This document shows, piece by piece, positions 59,567 through 64,000 of a stretch of 64,000 nt of DNA (within the stretch, counting starts at the first letter, position 1; every line of letters begins with the position of its first letter). Under the pieces are notes generated by a model that was not told the DNA's origin, did not search any database, and saw only the letters and a program-made list of their open reading frames with translations. The DNA lies in NCBI GenBank assembly GCA_949297215.1, contig CASFRV010000006.1:20149-84148 (forward strand), in the 5' to 3' direction. The position numbers and the translations under genes are program-made. Source of the DNA: an uncultured Bacteroidales bacterium. GTDB taxonomy: Bacteria > Bacteroidota > Bacteroidia > Bacteroidales > Bacteroidaceae.

Positions 59567-60916
59567 TCAGAGGCGTTTGCTCTTCCACCGGCCGCTGCGG
59601 AAGTAGAGCCAGGCGAGCAGCAGCATGATGCCCCCATAGACGTGCTCGCTGAACCAGCCTACTGCCACGTCGGCGCGGGCTATCACCACTACGCCTATTA
59701 TATATAAGGTGTAGATGGCGAGCGCCGTCATTTCTATGGCAAAGGCCGTGCGGGCGTTGCCCGTGCCCGTGATGGACTGGAAGAAGATATGTGCGGGAAC
59801 GCTCAGCACGTAGGAGCTCAGCAGGACGTAGAGCGAGGCCCGTCCCGCATCGACCAGCACGTCCTCGTCGGTAAAGATGTGCAGCACGGCGTCGGGCAGC
59901 AGGCCCACGATGGCCACGAATACGGCCATGAGCATGAAGCCCAGCCGCACGATTTTCGTCACCAGCGGCGGTATGGCTTCCGTCTCGCGCTGGCCCATCA
60001 GGTTACTCGTGAGCGTGCTCGCCGTCGAGGCCAGGGCCGAAATGGTCATAAAACCGAAGGCCGACACGTTGCGTATGATGTTGGTCACGGCCAGCTGCCT
60101 TTCGCCCAGGTGTTCCACGGCCAGGAAAAACAGGAACCACGTCGACAGCGAAACGAAGTTCTGAACCATCGTCCATACCGAGAGGTTCAGGATGCGTTTC
60201 AGTACGGCGAAACGGAAGCGCGGCAGGCGGTTGAGGCCGTACTTGCGGTAGTCCATGTGGTAGCGCGTGTATAAAACGAAGAACACCATCGACACGCCCT
60301 CGGCCATGGCCGAGCCCATGGCGGCTCCCGCGATGCCAAAGGCGGGCAGCCCGAAGTTGCCGAAAATTAAGGCGTAGTTGAACACGACGTTTGAGAGCAC
60401 CATCACCACAGAGTTGAGCGTAAGCGTCTTTGTCTGCGTCGTGCCCACGTAGAACGCCCGGAACATCAGGGCTACAAAGGAGAAAAAGAAACCATATATC
60501 CGCCACTGCAAATATTCCCACGTGGCGTCGAGCACATGCTGCGACGAAACCATGCGTTCCAGCAGTATCGGAGCCAGCGCGTGCGTGAGCAGGAAAACGC
60601 CGACGGCCAGCAGGAGCAGGAAGCCCAGGCTGTGGTAGAAGATGCTGCCGATGCGCAGGTATTGCCCCTCGCCGTTGCGCCGCCCCATGAGAATTTGGGC
60701 ACCGATGCTGAACCCCATTCCAATCATGAAGACGGTGATATAAAAAATGCCTCCCAGCGCCGAGGCGCCCAGAGCCACCTCGCTCACGCGACCCAGGAAG
60801 ATCGTGTCGGTCATGCCGATGAGCTGCTCCATGAGCAGGCTCACGAGGATGGGGAAAGCTATTTTTCCGATCTGTCGGTACGTGTAAGTTTTGGTTGTGC
60901 GGACGGTAGTTTCCAT
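59567..60916 (-). CDS. MATE-family efflux transporter
   Basis: 449 aa from METTVRTTKTYTYRQIGKIAFPILVS (ATG 60916). 12-TM pattern. A -7 box TACCTTTG lies at 60985-60978. Confidence 0.85.
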   Translation of the reverse strand: METTVRTTKTYTYRQIGKIAFPILVSLLMEQLIGMTDTIFLGRVSEVALGASALGGIFYITVFMIGMGFSIGAQILMGRRNGEGQYLRIGSIFYHSLGFLLLLAVGVFLLTHALAPILLERMVSSQHVLDATWEYLQWRIYGFFFSFVALMFRAFYVGTTQTKTLTLNSVVMVLSNVVFNYALIFGNFGLPAFGIAGAAMGSAMAEGVSMVFFVLYTRYHMDYRKYGLNRLPRFRFAVLKRILNLSVWTMVQNFVSLSTWFLFFLAVEHLGERQLAVTNIIRNVSAFGFMTISALASTASTLTSNLMGQRETEAIPPLVTKIVRLGFMLMAVFVAIVGLLPDAVLHIFTDEDVLVDAGRASLYVLLSSYVLSVPAHIFFQSITGTGNARTAFAIEMTALAIYTLYIIGVVVIARADVAVGWFSEHVYGGIMLLLAWLYFRSGRWKSKRL

Positions 60917-61221
60917 GCTGTCGCGTTTTAAGGCATTGGGCCGGCCGCTCCCGGTCGGTCCGGGGCGAAACGGTGTGCAAAGGTAGCAATTTACTTCTCT
61001 CCCGCCAAGCTCCTCACCCCCTGCGCCCCGGCCCCCGGGCTGATGCGAAAAGGCCGGCCACCGCTGCCGGCCGTAAAAGGCCGTGAGCAGGCGTGCCGCC
61101 GCGCCGGGCAGGCAGGAGGCTGCACCCGCCGGCCGGCAGCCGCAAAGGGCGTCGGGCGGGCTTTGCAATTTTTCAGAAAGAAGCTCTCCGGCCGCCGTGA
61201 AAAAACCGTATCTTTGCAAGC

Positions 61222-61494
61222 ATGACCGACGAAATACGCGACTTTGTCGACGCGCTCGAACGCTACGTGCTCGACGCCCTGCGCCAGTCGGGCCAGCCGG
61301 CCGACTACAACGTCGAAGCCCTCCACGTGGTCGACGCGCGCAACCACCTGTTCCGCCCGGCCGGCAAGCGTCCCACCGACGAAGCCGCCGACGTTTATGC
61401 CCTGCGCGACCTCTGCCGCGTCGACGAGGACACGCTCGACGTCGTCCCCGACCGTGCGCGCCTGGCAGCCGTGGCCCGCAATTTCTTTTTCTGA
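61222..61494 (+). CDS. Hypothetical small acidic protein (90 aa)
   Basis: Strong G/C third-position bias. A TATCTTTG box at 61209-61216 lies only 5 nt before the ATG, so it is possibly leaderless. No family recognised. Confidence 0.45.
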   Translation: MTDEIRDFVDALERYVLDALRQSGQPADYNVEALHVVDARNHLFRPAGKRPTDEAADVYALRDLCRVDEDTLDVVPDRARLAAVARNFFF

Positions 61495-61512
61495 CCCTCT
61501 TTCTGCCGGCTT

Positions 61513-62568
61513 ATGAACCCCGAAATCATCCTGTCTGAAAACATCTGTGCCGAGACCGACCGCGTGGTCGCAGCCATCGGCCCCGACCGCGTCTTCGTGC
61601 TCACCGACGAAACGACCGGCCGCCTCTGCCGTCCCCTGCTCTCCGACGCGTCGTCGCTCGCCGGCGCCACGTGGCTCTCCATCGCCCCGGGCGACGAGCA
61701 CAAGACGCTCAGTTCGCTCTCCGACGTGTGGCGTGCCCTTTCCGCGGGCGGGGCATCGCGCCGCTCGCTGCTTGTCTGCCTGGGCGGCGGCATGGTGACC
61801 GACCTGGGCGGATTTGCCGCCGCCACGTTCAAGCGCGGCATAGCCTGCGTGAACTTGCCCACCACGCTGCTGGCCATGGTCGACGCAGCCGTGGGCGGAA
61901 AGACGGGTATCAACCTCGACGGCCTGAAAAACGAGGTGGGCGCTTTCAGCAGCCCGCGCGCCGTCGTCATCGACACGGAGTTTCTGCGCACGCTCGACGA
62001 CAGCAACCTGCGTTCGGGCTATGCCGAGATGCTCAAGCACGGGCTCATCAGCAGCCGCGAAATGCTGGTGTCGCTCCTGCGCTTCGACATAGCCGCCCCC
62101 GACTATGCCCGCCTGCAAGCCATGGTGGCCGAGAGCATCGCCGTCAAGGAGGACGTCGTGCGCCGCGACCCCCACGAGCACGGCCTGCGCAAGGCGCTCA
62201 ACCTGGGCCACACGGCGGGCCACGCCTTCGAGAGCCTGGCCCTTGCGCGGCAGCGGCCCGTCCTGCACGGCTATGCCGTGGCGTGGGGCCTGGTGTGCGA
62301 GCTCTATCTGAGCCATCTGAAAGCGAGCTTCCCCCTCGAAGAGCTGCGCCGCACGGTGGGCTACATCGCGGCCCGCTACGGCCGCTTTGCCTTCGGGTGC
62401 GACGACTATGAGACCCTGCTCTCCCTCATGCGCCACGACAAGAAAAACGTGGGCGGCGTCATCAACTTCACCCTCCTGGAACAGCCGGGCCGCGTGCGGC
62501 TCGACTGCACCGCCACGCGCGAGGAAATATGCGAGAGCTTCGACTTTTTCCGCGACAGTCTCGGGTAG
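61513..62568 (+). CDS. aroB: 3-dehydroquinate synthase
   Basis: 351 aa. Motifs GGGMVTDLGGFAAATFKRGI, VDAAVGGKTGINL, GHTAGHAFE. Confidence 0.95.
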   Translation: MNPEIILSENICAETDRVVAAIGPDRVFVLTDETTGRLCRPLLSDASSLAGATWLSIAPGDEHKTLSSLSDVWRALSAGGASRRSLLVCLGGGMVTDLGGFAAATFKRGIACVNLPTTLLAMVDAAVGGKTGINLDGLKNEVGAFSSPRAVVIDTEFLRTLDDSNLRSGYAEMLKHGLISSREMLVSLLRFDIAAPDYARLQAMVAESIAVKEDVVRRDPHEHGLRKALNLGHTAGHAFESLALARQRPVLHGYAVAWGLVCELYLSHLKASFPLEELRRTVGYIAARYGRFAFGCDDYETLLSLMRHDKKNVGGVINFTLLEQPGRVRLDCTATREEICESFDFFRDSLG

Positions 62569-62610
62569 CTGCGCCGCGCCGGGCTTTGCAACCGACAAAC
62601 ATAAGAAAGC

Positions 62611-63807
62611 ATGGAACGTAAAACACTGATGAACGAAGCCACCGCCACGCTCGAACGCGCCCTGTCGCTGCTCGTGGTGTTTCTCCTGCTGGCGGCCACG
62701 GTGGTGCCCCTGGGGCGTCTGTTCGGCCGACCGTTCGGCCCCGCCGCAGCCGACGAGGCTGCCGCCGCCCGCCCCGACACAGCCGTGCTGGCCGCGCTGG
62801 GGCTCTCCGGCGCCCGCCTGACGCCCGCCGGCACCGACCTGTGGGCCGTCACCTCGGCCGCAGGCGACGACGCGGGCACGCTTGCGGGCAGCCGCAGCCG
62901 TGCAGCCGACGTAACGGGCTTTGCAGGCCCCACGCCCGTCTACGTATATATAAATAAGGAGGGGCGCGTGGCCGGTGTGGCGCCGGGGCTCCATGCCGAA
63001 ACGCCCGCCGTGTTCCGCCACGTCGAGGACGAAGGCTTCCTGCGCAGCTGGAACGGCCTGACGCCCGCCGAGGCCCGCGCGCGGCAGGTCGACGCCGTGA
63101 GCGGAGCCACCTATACGAGCCAGGCGCTGGCCCGCAACGTCGGGGCAGCCTTGGAGGCCTATGCCGCCGCCCCCGCCACGGAGCCCGCTCCCGGTGACGG
63201 GGCCGACGCCTTCACGCAGATGGCGGCGCTCGTGGTTGTGGTGTTCGGTGTGGGCGTTGCGCTGGCAGCCCGCAGCAACCGCCGGCTGCGGCTCATCGTG
63301 CTGGTGCTCAACGTCGGGGTGACAGGATTTTGGTGTGGCGAGTACCTCTCCGTCTCCCTGCTCCGCAGCTGGCTGGCCGAGGGCGCCGACGTGGCGCGCC
63401 ACCTGCCCGCCGTCGTCATGCTGGCCGTCTCGCTCGTGCTGGCTTTTCTGAAAAGACCCAACCATTATTGCACGTGGATATGCCCGCTGGGCAGCTTGCA
63501 GGAGCTGGCCTACCGCCTGCCCGGGCCCAAGCTGCACCTGCCGCCGCGTGCCTTCCGCGCGATGGAGCGCATCCGTCTCGGCGTGCTCGCCCTGTTGCTG
63601 CTGGCGCTCTGGATGGGCGTGGGCGCCGAGGTGCTCGACTATGAGCCCTTCGCGGCGTTCCGTCCCGCGGCAGCTCCGTGGCCGGTGCTCTTGCTGGCCG
63701 GGGCGTTCGTCGTGCTGGGCGTGTTTGTGCCCCGTCCGTGGTGCAAGATGCTGTGCCCGTTGGGCGAGCTCTTCCGCCTGAGCTGCGACGCCGGCCGCAA
63801 GAGCTGA
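62611..63807 (+). CDS. Membrane FMN-binding / 4Fe-4S-binding protein (NosR/NapH-like)
   Basis: 398 aa. FMN_bind motif VDAVSGATYTSQAL. Cys motifs YCTWICPLGSLQE and PWCKMLCPLGELF. Confidence 0.7.
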   Translation: MERKTLMNEATATLERALSLLVVFLLLAATVVPLGRLFGRPFGPAAADEAAAARPDTAVLAALGLSGARLTPAGTDLWAVTSAAGDDAGTLAGSRSRAADVTGFAGPTPVYVYINKEGRVAGVAPGLHAETPAVFRHVEDEGFLRSWNGLTPAEARARQVDAVSGATYTSQALARNVGAALEAYAAAPATEPAPGDGADAFTQMAALVVVVFGVGVALAARSNRRLRLIVLVLNVGVTGFWCGEYLSVSLLRSWLAEGADVARHLPAVVMLAVSLVLAFLKRPNHYCTWICPLGSLQELAYRLPGPKLHLPPRAFRAMERIRLGVLALLLLALWMGVGAEVLDYEPFAAFRPAAAPWPVLLLAGAFVVLGVFVPRPWCKMLCPLGELFRLSCDAGRKS

Positions 63808-63850
63808 GCGCAGCTATGTTTTCACGTTGAAATCAACCCGTTTTCAAGCC

Positions 63851-64000
63851 ATGAACAGATATAAAATAGTCAGTCTCGTCCTTGCCGTAGCCCTGCTGGC
63901 TGCGCTGGCAAGGCTCGTCACCGGTGTTGAGCCGTCGGCTCCCGCCGACGGCGGCAACGCTGTTTACGACAACATCCTGGCGCGCAAGAGCGTGCGCAGC
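63851..64000 (+). CDS. Nitroreductase-family protein, N-terminal fragment (runs off the window)
   Basis: MNRYKIVSLVLAVALLA... ending in NILARKSVRS, typical of a nitroreductase N-terminus. Partial. Confidence 0.4.
   Translation, partial: MNRYKIVSLVLAVALLAALARLVTGVEPSAPADGGNAVYDNILARKSVRS

Noticed and set aside
60991-63537. 848-aa minus-strand ORF
   Set aside because: It is antisense to aroB, the FMN-binding protein gene and the small ORF. It is a compositional artefact.

Overview
High-G+C Bacteroidota (Bacteroidales-like) chromosomal segment. That assignment is inferred from TAnnTTTG -7 promoter boxes upstream of many genes, T9SS C-terminal sorting domains, and NigD-like and DUF4248 proteins. 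I support about 50 protein genes and one tRNA-Ser. Most are housekeeping: dxs, trkA/trkH, ddl, rluD, rpmH, trpS, aroB, lpxK, sppA, xth, engB, pepP, a PNP and an argF-like transcarbamylase. There are also two-component sensors and secreted glycosidases and peptidases. Many of the longest ORFs in the track (772, 1523, 1251, 844, 958 and 848 aa) are antisense or out-of-frame artefacts of the high G+C content and are rejected.

The outstanding accessory feature is a visibly lower-G+C island of about 7.6 kb (about 27.04-34.66 kb) wedged between convergent T9SS-secreted GH20 and GH18 glycosidase genes. It carries an intact type II-C cas9-cas1-cas2 operon and a well-formed tracrRNA with its own promoter and terminator. 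However, it has only one degenerate 47-nt CRISPR repeat and no spacer array. That repeat contains a Bacteroidota promoter box aimed at a structured AT-rich segment.

Other points worth a second look:
- Poly-G tracts lie exactly in the -33/-7 spacer of two promoters, making them phase-variation candidates.
- A family of composite inverted repeats is built from TTGACAAT units.
- A promoter cassette is reused in several places.
- Direct repeats upstream of a LytS/LytTR pair look like an autoregulatory site.

All coordinates and motifs were read by eye. No searches or computations were run.
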